The position numbers and the translations under genes were made by a program. DNA of 64,000 nt from positions 3,693 to 67,692 of the forward strand of contig JAGVPB010000038.1 of assembly GCA_020052415.1 (NCBI GenBank), written 5' to 3'. The stretch comes from Bacteroidales bacterium. GTDB taxonomy: Bacteria; Bacteroidota; Bacteroidia; Bacteroidales; JAADJA01. Shown piece after piece: positions 10,296 through 20,243 of the stretch (the stretch's first letter is position 1; the number at the start of each line of letters is the position of its first letter). The notes beneath the pieces were generated by a model. That model was given only the letters and a program-made list of their open reading frames with translations. It did not search any database and was not told the DNA's origin.

Positions 10296-10320
10296 GAGAT
10301 TCCTCACTGCGTTCGGAATA
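10296..10320. repeat. Inverted short copy of the same REP-like unit
   Basis: GAGATTCCTCACTGCGTTCGGAATA is the reverse complement of TATTCCGAACGCAGTGAGGAATCTC. Confidence 0.7.
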
Positions 10321-10341
10321 TGGTCCATGTTTAAAAGAGAT

Positions 10342-10728
10342 TCAAATATTTGATAACAAGTAAAACATTAAAAAGATACCGCCTAATATTATTATGAGCG
10401 TTATCAAGAGCGACAGCATTGAGGAGTAAACAAAGGAATTGTTTTTAAGTTGCTTGTAATTCTTTCTGTACTGTATAAAAGCCAGGATTGCTATGATCAC
10501 ACCAATCGCAACCATAATTACCCCAATAATTGCCGAATATTCTTTCACGGGTACATGAGTTGTTTTTAAAAGTAATGAGAGTTCTTTTAGAAATAAGGTA
10601 AACTTTACTATTACAAATCCGAAGCCCATCAAAGCAATACTAGTTCGGATCCAGGCAAGAAAAGTTCTTTCATTAGCAAGATATTCTCTGGATCTGTCAT
10701 TTGAATTTTTTTCTTTAAAATCTGTCAT
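10342..10728 (-). CDS. DUF202 (YidH-like) membrane protein
   Basis: REYLANERTFLAWIRTSIALMGFGFVIVKF followed by two further TM helices, the typical DUF202 layout. Confidence 0.75.
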   Translation of the reverse strand: MTDFKEKNSNDRSREYLANERTFLAWIRTSIALMGFGFVIVKFTLFLKELSLLLKTTHVPVKEYSAIIGVIMVAIGVIIAILAFIQYRKNYKQLKNNSFVYSSMLSLLITLIIILGGIFLMFYLLSNI

Positions 10729-11013
10729 ATAGTTTCTGACTTTATTTTATTGATTTGACGTATCTCTGTTTCAGGACTAACGCCAACACATTCTTCTCCG
10801 CTACGAAAATACTAAATCTATTGATGAAAGAAAGCACTACGGTGAAGTATTACACAGCGAAGCTTCCAGACGACAGGGTAACCGGATTCGGCAGTCGAAC
10901 GCATTTCAAAGTCTTTTGGGGAGGAGAATTTAAGGTTTAATGTTGAGTCTGTTCCTAATTGTGGCAAGGAACGTCATTGCGAAGGCCGGCATTTCCAACT
11001 GCCGGTTCCTATA

Positions 11014-11514
11014 TTAGTGAAGACTTATTACCCTCTTTATTTTCCATTCATTGTTAATGTGTTCCCATATTATAACGAATCGGCCAACCTGTGATTCAGA
11101 TCCTTCTGGTTCCTGATTATTATGAAATTTATGCAATCCAAATTCTATCGCACCAAAATCTTTGATGGGATACACTTCTACGCTCCCCTTTATTAATTCT
11201 CTTGTCACTTTACCGCAAATATTTTGTTTGGTGCCGTTAATTATATCCTGCTTTGATGTATTTAAGCCTGCCTGATCATGATAGAATTCTATATTGTCGG
11301 AGTAAAAGGATCCGTACTTCTCAAGATTGAATGAGCAAGTGTTATAGGCGGCAAAAAATATACTGTCAAGCCTGGCAATTGTATCATATAATTCCTGGTT
11401 GTCAGGTTTGTAATTTTTAGTGATACGGAATGTAATATTTTTAGCGGGAGAACAACTTATTAAAAAAATAGTGGCTAAAATAAGAATCAATAGGTGCATT
11501 TTTTTTGGTTTCAT
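11014..11514 (-). CDS. NTF2/SnoaL-like fold lipoprotein (DUF4440-like)
   Basis: Lipobox FLISC. The size and the pattern FFAAYNTC...FYSDNIEFYHDQAG...RFVIIWEHINNEWKIKRVIS are typical of NTF2-like proteins. Confidence 0.55.
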   Translation of the reverse strand: MKPKKMHLLILILATIFLISCSPAKNITFRITKNYKPDNQELYDTIARLDSIFFAAYNTCSFNLEKYGSFYSDNIEFYHDQAGLNTSKQDIINGTKQNICGKVTRELIKGSVEVYPIKDFGAIEFGLHKFHNNQEPEGSESQVGRFVIIWEHINNEWKIKRVISLH

Positions 11515-11936
11515 CTGACTTATATATTAAATTAAACTTTTCAGAGTTAGGTCAATTCATGCTCGCATTCAGCTATGCTATAACAGGAACTGATTTCCTT
11601 TTTTATTTTTAACAGGAGTGTAAACGCTAATAAAATCCGCATAACAATAAAACAATTCCAGATGCACTTGTTCATTCATGAGGTTTTCATCATCCGCACT
11701 CTTCTCTGTTACGAAAAAATTAAATCTTTCAATATTTTCCTTTCACTTGCAGGTAATTCTTTCAACTAAAATACCCTTCCATACTTACAGCAGGGTTCTG
11801 CTGAATGATCTGTTTGCATAGGTTGTAAAAATAATTTCCATTCAACGATTATTTTCATGCGTTCGTCGAAATTTTTTGCCGGTGCAGGTTTCCTGATGTT
11901 ATTTTGATTCCGGTTTTTAATTTAAATTTACAACGT

Positions 11937-12587
11937 ATGAAAACAAAAACAATCATTTTAACAGTCATGCTGGCAGTGCTGCTGAGCGGTTGCCTTGTAA
12001 AGTCGCTGCATCCATTTTACAACGAAAGCGATGTAATTTATAAACAGGAATTAACGGGTACGTGGCTGGATGAGGATTCCGCGAGATGGGTCATCAGCCG
12101 GTTTTCATTCACGCAAGGACTGTTTAAAGGAGACAGCCTGGATAATTCGTACTTTGTGGAGCTTTACGAAGACTCACTTGTCCCCTCGAAGTTCAACGTT
12201 CATTTGTTTTCGCTTGACGGCCTGCTGTATCTTGACTTTTTGCCGGTGAGGGATGACAGCGGGAAAGAGCTGTATGATATTCACCTGGTGCCGGCACACA
12301 CGCTTGCAAGGGTAAATTTCGATGACAATGACCGGATGACCATAAGCTGGTTTAATGAAGACTGGCTGAACCGGTTGTTTGAAGAGAACCGCCTGAAAAT
12401 TTCGCACGAAGTTATCAATTCTAGTGCTGAGGGATACGGAACTCAGTACGTGCTGACGGCTTCGACAGATGAGCTGAAGAAATTTATTGTCAAATACGGA
12501 AATGACCCAAACGTATTTATGTGTGATGATGATAAGAACTTTTTATGCCTGAAATTAAACAAGCAAAATGAAAATCAACCTGAATAA
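11937..12587 (+). CDS. Hypothetical lipoprotein
   Basis: The ATG at 11937 gives MKTKTIILTVMLAVLLSGC (lipobox). The ORF-track start at 11904 is a less likely TTG. It overlaps the start of the downstream sensor kinase, suggesting an operon. Confidence 0.6.
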   Translation: MKTKTIILTVMLAVLLSGCLVKSLHPFYNESDVIYKQELTGTWLDEDSARWVISRFSFTQGLFKGDSLDNSYFVELYEDSLVPSKFNVHLFSLDGLLYLDFLPVRDDSGKELYDIHLVPAHTLARVNFDDNDRMTISWFNEDWLNRLFEENRLKISHEVINSSAEGYGTQYVLTASTDELKKFIVKYGNDPNVFMCDDDKNFLCLKLNKQNENQPE

Positions 12588-13626
12588 ATTGCCGGCGGCA
12601 ATACTCCGGAATGCGTGGCTTCACCATACCGCTTTCTGGGCGCTGGCTTATTATAGCTTATTGAAAATATTTGCCGGATCCGACACTTACCGGCAAATTG
12701 ATTATATTTATACAGGCATTTTCTTATGCTCACTCTTTATCCCGGTTGCCCTTAACCTGTTCCTGTTTATTCCAAAATTGCTGAATACCGGCAGGACCAT
12801 TTTTTATGGTATTATTCTTCTTACCAACCTTTTTGCTTTCAGCCTTTTCAACCAGGTTCTGTTTGCCCATCTGATTGACTTCATCCTGCCGGGATACTAC
12901 TTTATTTCGTATTACTCGTATGGCGATCTGCTGAAGTTCTTCGGGGCATTTTTAATCCTTACCACATTGCTGAAGCTTTCGAAAGAATGGTTTGAACTTA
13001 GCAAAACGCGGCAAAGGATCATACTGCTTGAAAAAGAAAAGCTTGATGCCGAATTAAAGGCGCTGATCAACCAGGTGAATCCGCATTTCCTGTTCAACAG
13101 CCTGAACGTGTTGTATTCTCTTGCGATGAATAAGAAAGCCGAAACGCCGGATGCCATCATCAGGCTGGCGGATATCCTGCGCTATGTAATTTATGATTCG
13201 AACCGGGAAACTGTAACATTGAATTCGGAAACAGAATTGCTGAATAATTACCTACGGCTACAGCGATACCGTATTGACAAAAACGCACACATTGAATTTA
13301 TAACTGAGGTTACAGACGGGGAGATACTAATTTCACCCATGCTGCTGCTGCCCCTGGTGGAAAACAGTTTTAAACATGGGATCAAAGGCGGTACCGGTGA
13401 TACCTTTATCCGTTTAAGGCTCAGTCAGCATAAGAACCTGATTTATTTTACCATTGAAAACAATAAAGGAATTTCTGCTGAAGAACGCGGGCAGAAGTCC
13501 GGGGGAGTGGGACTGGAAAATATCCGCAGCCGGTTACAACTGATTTACCCGGATAATCATACCTTTGACGTGAAGGATGATGGTTTGACGTTCAGGGTTG
13601 AATTGAAAATAAACACTTTAGTATGA
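12568..13626 (+). CDS. LytS/YpdA-type sensor histidine kinase (5-6 TM sensor plus His_kinase/HATPase_c)
   Basis: NPHFLFNSLNVLYSL histidine box, LPLVENSFKHG N-box and GGVGLENIRSRL G-box. Confidence 0.85.
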   Translation: MKINLNKLPAAILRNAWLHHTAFWALAYYSLLKIFAGSDTYRQIDYIYTGIFLCSLFIPVALNLFLFIPKLLNTGRTIFYGIILLTNLFAFSLFNQVLFAHLIDFILPGYYFISYYSYGDLLKFFGAFLILTTLLKLSKEWFELSKTRQRIILLEKEKLDAELKALINQVNPHFLFNSLNVLYSLAMNKKAETPDAIIRLADILRYVIYDSNRETVTLNSETELLNNYLRLQRYRIDKNAHIEFITEVTDGEILISPMLLLPLVENSFKHGIKGGTGDTFIRLRLSQHKNLIYFTIENNKGISAEERGQKSGGVGLENIRSRLQLIYPDNHTFDVKDDGLTFRVELKINTLV

Positions 13627-14321
13627 CTATACATTGCATGATTGTTGAAGACGAACCCGTTTCGCAGGACATACTGAAGGCCTATATTGCTGATTGTCCG
13701 AATCTCAGCCTTGTGGTAACCTGTAAAAATGCCTTCGAAGCCAATGATGTCCTGATGAACCGGAAAGTTGACCTGATGTTTCTTGATATCAATATGCCGG
13801 GCTTGTCGGGAATGAAATTCTATCAGTCATTATCACATCCTCCATTTGTGATATTTACCACGGCTTATCCTGAGTTTGCGCTGGAAGGTTTTGAAGTGGA
13901 TGCGGTGGACTATCTTTTAAAACCTTTTCCATTCCATCGGTTTCTGAAAGCAGTGAACAGGGCGGTTGAGCGTTTGAAAGCGATGACAGGGAATCAGTTG
14001 AAGGAGGATTTCGTACTTTTTAAATCGGATAAAAAAATTCATAAAGTCTTACTTTCTGATATTTTTTACCTTGAAGCTCTGGGTGATTATGTGAAGATAC
14101 ATCTCACGGACAGGTTCATCCTTGTGCATGAGACCTTACAGAACCTGCATAGCCGGTTGCCTGAGCCGCCATTTTACAGGATCCATAAATCTTTCGTTGT
14201 ATCTGTGAACAAATTCAGTTACATGGAAGGGAACAGTCTGCAAATGGGTGATCAGTCCATTCCGATCGGGAATACTTATCGTGAGCGGTTCCGGGAAGTA
14301 ATTGGGAACAAAGAGAGGTAA
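13623..14321 (+). CDS. LytTR-family response regulator (REC + LytTR DNA-binding domain)
   Basis: IVEDEP...DLMFLDINMPGLSG receiver motifs. The C-terminal region DIFYLEALGDYVKIH...FYRIHKSFVV is typical of LytTR. There is a 4-bp overlap with the kinase gene. Confidence 0.85.
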   Translation: MTIHCMIVEDEPVSQDILKAYIADCPNLSLVVTCKNAFEANDVLMNRKVDLMFLDINMPGLSGMKFYQSLSHPPFVIFTTAYPEFALEGFEVDAVDYLLKPFPFHRFLKAVNRAVERLKAMTGNQLKEDFVLFKSDKKIHKVLLSDIFYLEALGDYVKIHLTDRFILVHETLQNLHSRLPEPPFYRIHKSFVVSVNKFSYMEGNSLQMGDQSIPIGNTYRERFREVIGNKER

Positions 14322-14339
14322 AGGAATTAAAGTATCGAA

Positions 14340-14580
14340 GTTCACTGTTTTCAGTTCCGCGTTCTGAGTTCTGAGTTCCGGGTTCTGAGTTCAGTGTTTC
14401 TTATTTGTTGGCTGCTGGTTGCCCCGAAGAGTGGGTTCTTCGCTTCGCTACGACTGGTTTCTCGTGCTGGCTGCTGGTTTCTGGTTACTGGATGCTGGTT
14501 GCTTGTTCTCACCCTATACCCATATTTCCCTTATACCTTAACAAAGTTCAGAGTTCCGTGTTCGGAGTTCTGGGTTTCAC
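14340..14580. repeat. Composite low-complexity region made of degenerate heptamer arrays
   Basis: GAGTTCN array at 14340-14398, CTGGTTN array at 14405-14508, TATACC-type units at 14511-14540, and GAGTTCN again at 14545-14578. It lies between two convergent genes. Confidence 0.85.
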
Positions 14581-14751
14581 AAAAAGGTCAGCCTCGTATA
14601 TGCGAACGTATTGAAGCTATCTGTATCATCTGACAATGAACAGATAGCTTATTCCGCTGAACGCGCGGGATCGGAATGACGTTCGACAATACTTTCCGGA
14701 ATGACTCAATATTTTAATAACAATTGCTGCAAAAAACAATTCCGTACCTGT

Positions 14752-17211
14752 TTAGTGAGGAACGGAACAATAATACTTCATTACGGGAATAGCATCCGGT
14801 ACCTGTTCGCTGTAATCTGAATTATGGATCCAGAGGTCGTTCTTATCCTGATTGTTAATATCCACATCCATATTGAAGTCGCCCGAATAATACCCGGATA
14901 ATCCGGCATAAGTCATCCATGAAAGGTTTTTGTCATCGGAATTGATTAGTCCGTTGGCATCACCATCCGCAGCAACCATTCCCCATATACCGGCGGCAAT
15001 CTCCTTATGAGCTGTAATTCCGCCGTAAACCTGGTTTACGCCGGTTGTAAAATCATAGTGATATATTCCCGATGACAGGATCAACGGAGATGCAGAGATA
15101 ATACCGAGGTGATTCCTGTGCCATATTACGACGAACAGGTTGTCAGTTACTGCAACTTCAAATTCCACCGGACCGAAACCGTCGAGGTCGCAAACTGAAC
15201 CGTTATTCAACAGGAAAACTGCCTTCCGGGCAATCATTGTTGATGAGGTAGCCGTTGAAGCATCTCCAGTGGTCTCCCTTAGCTCCATCAATACCCAGTC
15301 AACGACTGTTGTATCCGGGATTTCGAAAACCACCTCACTCCCCGAATAGTTCCATGGCGGTACATTGTAAGGTTGTGAGAGGGGGATACTATGCCTTTCA
15401 TTAATAGAAGTATTCATAGCAGCGCCGTTAAAAGGCCCTTCGAGAAATACCTTCACATCAAGGGTTGCCGATAAAAGTACCGGAGGTCCCGACCATGTTT
15501 TGTGATTCATGATTTCAGGAGCCGATTTGCCATTTGCCTCCCACAGGCTGTACATCACCTGACCCGCATCATTGGTGGTATTTTCATCTCTTAGGAACTC
15601 AATATACTCCTTGCTTGTAGTCTGGTAATAAAGAGTAACATCTACCGAATCGGGGACAAATGGCAGAGTGTAAAATGTTTCATCCCAGTACTGACCATCC
15701 GAATAAGCATAATTCACCGGGGGTGACTGAATAGAATCGAACTTAGCGTTTGTAAATCCGCGCGGTGGAATGCGGTTATCCGAATATATGGTATCATTAA
15801 GAACAAAGTGGAATGTTGGTCCTGCAGGAATGCCTGTTAGCGCAGACAACGCGGGTGTAAACCCGGGCTTTATCTCGTAAATTTTGGCACCGGTTTTATT
15901 CAGAATGCCCGTTGTATAATCATAGTGTCCCGATTCATATGTTTCGGAAGTAATTGAATTAAATGCCTTGATATTTATCCAAATCCGTCTGCCTTCAGGA
16001 TAACCCGATGGCAGTTTATGCCCGGTTTCATTCGTGATTTTTACCATCACTTCCTTGCTCATCTGGACTACTGTCAAATTCATTGTTGAGGCATGCTGTA
16101 ACATATCCTGAGCTCTTGCAATGCCCGACATGAGGGCAACGGTATTGACTTCTGCAGGATAAAGGGACTCAAGCAACGCCGGGATGAAAGTATTTCCACC
16201 GGTAAGATCATGCAGAGGCAGGTCATTCCGGATAGGAGCATAGCTTTTATTACATCCTTTGCCCGTGACATCTTTCATGTGACAATCCTGGCAGGTTGAG
16301 ACAAAAGGCTTATTCCCGCCGAACCAGGAACTGTCCACTCCCAGGGGTGTGTTGTATTCGCTTACCAGCCATTCGCTGTATGTGCGTTCGATGGGAAACA
16401 TGGAATACGGGCTGAAATCACTTGCCGGTTGATCAAAATCACCGGGCACATACCCCAGGTAATTACCGCCGGCATCTTTCACGGCTTCGTACACAGGATT
16501 GCTCACATCATGACACGTACCGCAAAGCGCTGCATCAGGATGAAACGGTGAGTAAGGAACCTCATGGTTGGCCTGAGGATCGTAATACGGACCTCTTCTC
16601 CGGTCAATATCATCGCATACATACATGCCATTGCCATTGGCACCCGGGATAAAGGGCAGCGAAGATAAATAGATCTGATCAAGGCTGTAGGTGGAAGGAT
16701 TGGTTCCGGGACCAATATTATACAACGGATCATCGGGATAGGGGTTGATACCGACAGTTGTGGGTGCAATCATCCGGTGACAAAAATGACACTGTACACT
16801 TTCCCTGTCACCGGCAAGAAGTGCAGAGCCATCTGTCGGCACCGAGCGTCCTTCGAGCCAGCCTTTCGGTGTATGGCACCGGATACAGAGATCACCCACT
16901 TCCGGTGCATCCTGGTTGGAAATCGCGAGACATGCAAGGTATAAAGGATCGCGCTGCGCATGAGCCATCATGCTGCCTCGCCAGTTGAAGGCAGGCTCCA
17001 CATTCAGATCGTATCCTCCATGACAATTGTCGCACACATCCGGATCGGAAAATGTACCTGATTCGAGTGGCTGCGAGCCGGGGAGAAAAAAATCGCTGAT
17101 GGTCGTGGGCACAATCCCTTTCTGGGGATTTAGCATCGAGCCTAAAGTAATGAGGAGCAAGACCGGTAAAAACAGAATAGCTCCTGCCTGAAATGTTCGT
17201 TGTTTTTTCAT
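14752..17211 (-). CDS. Secreted multihaem c-type cytochrome (5 CXXCH) with a large C-terminal non-haem region ending in dockerin/EF-hand-like Asp-rich repeats
   Basis: Signal peptide. Haem motifs CDNCH, CIRCH, CHFCH, CGTCH and CQDCH. C-terminal DGDANGLINSDDKN and GDFNMDVDINNQDKN. Confidence 0.75.
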   Translation of the reverse strand: MKKQRTFQAGAILFLPVLLLITLGSMLNPQKGIVPTTISDFFLPGSQPLESGTFSDPDVCDNCHGGYDLNVEPAFNWRGSMMAHAQRDPLYLACLAISNQDAPEVGDLCIRCHTPKGWLEGRSVPTDGSALLAGDRESVQCHFCHRMIAPTTVGINPYPDDPLYNIGPGTNPSTYSLDQIYLSSLPFIPGANGNGMYVCDDIDRRRGPYYDPQANHEVPYSPFHPDAALCGTCHDVSNPVYEAVKDAGGNYLGYVPGDFDQPASDFSPYSMFPIERTYSEWLVSEYNTPLGVDSSWFGGNKPFVSTCQDCHMKDVTGKGCNKSYAPIRNDLPLHDLTGGNTFIPALLESLYPAEVNTVALMSGIARAQDMLQHASTMNLTVVQMSKEVMVKITNETGHKLPSGYPEGRRIWINIKAFNSITSETYESGHYDYTTGILNKTGAKIYEIKPGFTPALSALTGIPAGPTFHFVLNDTIYSDNRIPPRGFTNAKFDSIQSPPVNYAYSDGQYWDETFYTLPFVPDSVDVTLYYQTTSKEYIEFLRDENTTNDAGQVMYSLWEANGKSAPEIMNHKTWSGPPVLLSATLDVKVFLEGPFNGAAMNTSINERHSIPLSQPYNVPPWNYSGSEVVFEIPDTTVVDWVLMELRETTGDASTATSSTMIARKAVFLLNNGSVCDLDGFGPVEFEVAVTDNLFVVIWHRNHLGIISASPLILSSGIYHYDFTTGVNQVYGGITAHKEIAAGIWGMVAADGDANGLINSDDKNLSWMTYAGLSGYYSGDFNMDVDINNQDKNDLWIHNSDYSEQVPDAIPVMKYYCSVPH

Positions 17212-17655
17212 CAGCTTATGTTTTTAATGAGATTTATTAATAATGCGCCTGAAAAAAAATGGATTTGAACCAATTCGATGAGATACCATGATATTTGAAA
17301 ATACAATTTCAATGAGCGACATGAATAAAAATTTCTTTTATTGTAAATTTTTAAGTTATAATACCCCCTTTCAGTTTAAATAAATCGTTTATATGCGTGT
17401 AAAATTATATCAAAAGGAATACAAATGTCAAGGGGGAAGCATAATTTAGACTCATTACATATAGAATGTTAAATATTTAAGCAGCCTGCGATAAGAAGAA
17501 TAATGATTTTTTTCATATTAAATTGATTTAAGGATGTAAAGATATGGGATTTTCAGGTTTCGGGCTTACTTTTTTATAGACTTCCTTTTGAACAATTGCA
17601 GGATTAAAACATTTATAGAGGCAGTATTATTTATAAATACTTGAAAGGTTTTAAT

Positions 17656-18351
17656 ATGGAAATATTTACAAGCGAAAATAAAATGGCACACATCGTCAGG
17701 CAGAATTGCCACTTGCTGCCGGTCATCAACAGGTTCGGCATCAGGCTAGGATTCAGGGATAAGACTATTGCTGCGGTGTGTGATGAATATGACATTCATG
17801 CCGAATTCTTCCTCGCAATTGTGAATACTTTCCACAATGAAAAATATTTTCCGGAAAAGGAATTGTTGTTGTTCTCTCCTGTTTTAATAATTAATTACCT
17901 CAAAAAAACCCATGTTTATTATGTTGATTATGTATTACCCAAATTAGAGAGCCTGCTGCGGCAGCTATTACAAAGCAGCCATGAAAAAAAGATGGAGCTG
18001 CAGATGATCGGCCTTTTTTATAAAAAGTATAAGGAAGAGCTGTTGCGCCACATCGGGGATGAGGAGGAAAATGTATTTCCATACGTGCTGGGCCTGGCAA
18101 TAAATAATCATGCTGAAACAAATTACAGGATTCATTCATTTGAAAAAGAACATACCAATGTGGATAACAAGCTAAATGACCTGACCAGCCTGGTTATAAA
18201 ATATATGGAGCCTGTGTATGATGAAAACGTTTGTAACGATTTTCTGGTGACCCTGTTCGGGTTCGAAAAGGACATTAAAGATCATGCCCGCATTGAAGAC
18301 AAGATACTTGTGCAGCAGGTAAGGATGATTGAAAGCAGGTTGCAGCGATGA
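17656..18351 (+). CDS. Hemerythrin-like (RIC/ScdA-like) metal-binding protein
   Basis: The N-terminal segment MAHIVRQNCHLLPVINRFGIRLGF resembles the ScdA_N region. The C-terminal half has His/Glu-rich helices (HIGDEEENVFPYV, HSFEKEHTNVDN, DHARIEDKIL). The ATG at 17656 is preferred over the TTG at 17641. Confidence 0.6.
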   Translation: MEIFTSENKMAHIVRQNCHLLPVINRFGIRLGFRDKTIAAVCDEYDIHAEFFLAIVNTFHNEKYFPEKELLLFSPVLIINYLKKTHVYYVDYVLPKLESLLRQLLQSSHEKKMELQMIGLFYKKYKEELLRHIGDEEENVFPYVLGLAINNHAETNYRIHSFEKEHTNVDNKLNDLTSLVIKYMEPVYDENVCNDFLVTLFGFEKDIKDHARIEDKILVQQVRMIESRLQR

Positions 18352-18944
18352 AGAAGAAAGTAGTCATCCTTCATTCATCCGAAACGGTGCGCAGGGGGCT
18401 TGCGGGTATCCTGCACGGATATTTTAATGCAGACATTGTCCAAATGTCTGCACCCCAAAATGTTGATACGTCATCAGGAATTTTCAATTATCCTGTAATT
18501 GTGTTTATGGAATGGCTGAGCCTGAATGATGGCGATGAACTGAATTTTCCGGGTCAAAATAAAAATATTGAGAGGGTATTGATCTTTGAAAATGATATCC
18601 GGGCATTGCCACGAGGTTGTAAATACTCCATTTCATTAAAATTTACATCATCCGAAATATATGATACAGTTAAAAAATGCTTTGACACGGGTTATGCTTC
18701 TGAAGCCGCACATGAAGGAGAAGGGCTGACAATCCGTGAAAAGGATGTGCTGAAGCTGGTAGCCATGGGATTTTCGAATAAAGAGATTGCTGACAGGTTA
18801 AGCATAAGCATACATACAGTGATATCGCACCGTAAAAACCTGACCGAGAAGTTAGGCATCAAATCCATTTCCGGATTAACAGTATATGCCATCATCAACA
18901 AACTAATTGATACTTCGAATATCAACCCTGAAGACCTGATCTGA
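18348..18944 (+). CDS. LuxR/GerE-family transcriptional regulator with receiver-like N-terminal domain
   Basis: C-terminal LTIREKDVLKLVAMGFSNKEIADRLSISIHTVISHRKNLTEKLG. There is a 4-bp overlap with the upstream gene. Confidence 0.8.
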   Translation: MKKKVVILHSSETVRRGLAGILHGYFNADIVQMSAPQNVDTSSGIFNYPVIVFMEWLSLNDGDELNFPGQNKNIERVLIFENDIRALPRGCKYSISLKFTSSEIYDTVKKCFDTGYASEAAHEGEGLTIREKDVLKLVAMGFSNKEIADRLSISIHTVISHRKNLTEKLGIKSISGLTVYAIINKLIDTSNINPEDLI

Positions 18945-19035
18945 AAAATCCCAACATCTTGGGATTTTATATGTCTTATCCGCCCTGTAGTTTTGCGCAG
19001 GATTTTTATAATTATCCATATAAAATTATAGTGAT

Positions 19036-20241
19036 ATGATCAGAAGATTTGCGCTTGCAGGATTTTTAATAATTAATGCAGTATTAACTGCTCAAATACC
19101 GGATAGCTCAGATAACATATATAATAACAGTGCCGACAAAATGCTTACAGGCGACAGAAAGCTGACAATAGGCGGTTATGGTGAGGTTCATTACAATCAA
19201 CCTGTAAATTCCGATATACGTAATAATGGTGTCCTTGATGTTCACCGTATGGTGATGCTATTCGGATATACGTTTAACAGCCGTACACAATTCTTTACAG
19301 AGCTTGAGTTTGAGCATGTAAGTGAGGTTTATGTAGAACAGGCATTTCTCCAGTACAAAATCAATAGTTTTATTAAGCTCAGGGGAGGCTTGCTATTGAT
19401 TCCGATGGGGATCATCAATGAGTTTCATGAACCGGTAACTTTCAATGGCGTGGAGCGGCCGCTGATTGATACCTACATTGTCCCGACAACATGGCGCGAA
19501 ATAGGAATCGGGCTGGTGGGTTCGTACCTTGATGCCTCCCTGAAATACCAGCTATATGTGGTAAATGGTTTTAAAAGCTATGACGGCACTGCCAGACTGA
19601 ACGGGAAAAATGGCCTTAGGGGCGGACGTCAGAGAGGCGCAGAATCATTTATGAGTTACCCCAACCTTACCGGTAAACTGGAATACTTTGGCATCAGGGG
19701 TCTGAATATCGGGTTGTCAGGCTATTACGGCAAAACACAAAGTACTTTGTATGATGGAATGAATAAGGACGATGCAGTCATGCGCTCGTTGGCAGATTCA
19801 TCTGTTGTCGGGATAGCTATGGCTGGGCTGGATATCCGGTATTCAATAAAAGGATTGCAACTGAAGGGGCAATATTATTATTCCGGTATTTCAAATACCA
19901 TTCGCTATAATGAGTTTACAGGTGAAAATGAAAAACCGAACGATCTGGGAAAAGCCCTGGCAGGATTTTATGTTGAGGCCGGTTACAATATTTTCAGACC
20001 CGCAATTAAAATTAAATCGAAACTTATCCCATTTGTTCGCTACGAATATCTTGATACGCATCATTCTGTTGATAAAAACATTGTTTTAAATAAAAATTAT
20101 GAACAAAGCATTATTACCACAGGACTGACATTGGAAATTACCAGGGGCGCAGTGGTAAAAGCCGACATGCAGTTTTCGAAACCTGCATCCACCGATAAGC
20201 TTACGAAAGTATTTAATGCCGGAATAGGAATAATGTTTTAA
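19036..20241 (+). CDS. Outer-membrane beta-barrel (porin-like) protein
   Basis: Signal peptide, alternating beta-strand pattern throughout, and C-terminal ...AGIGIMF with a terminal Phe. Confidence 0.6.
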   Translation: MIRRFALAGFLIINAVLTAQIPDSSDNIYNNSADKMLTGDRKLTIGGYGEVHYNQPVNSDIRNNGVLDVHRMVMLFGYTFNSRTQFFTELEFEHVSEVYVEQAFLQYKINSFIKLRGGLLLIPMGIINEFHEPVTFNGVERPLIDTYIVPTTWREIGIGLVGSYLDASLKYQLYVVNGFKSYDGTARLNGKNGLRGGRQRGAESFMSYPNLTGKLEYFGIRGLNIGLSGYYGKTQSTLYDGMNKDDAVMRSLADSSVVGIAMAGLDIRYSIKGLQLKGQYYYSGISNTIRYNEFTGENEKPNDLGKALAGFYVEAGYNIFRPAIKIKSKLIPFVRYEYLDTHHSVDKNIVLNKNYEQSIITTGLTLEITRGAVVKADMQFSKPASTDKLTKVFNAGIGIMF

Positions 20242-20243
20242 TC

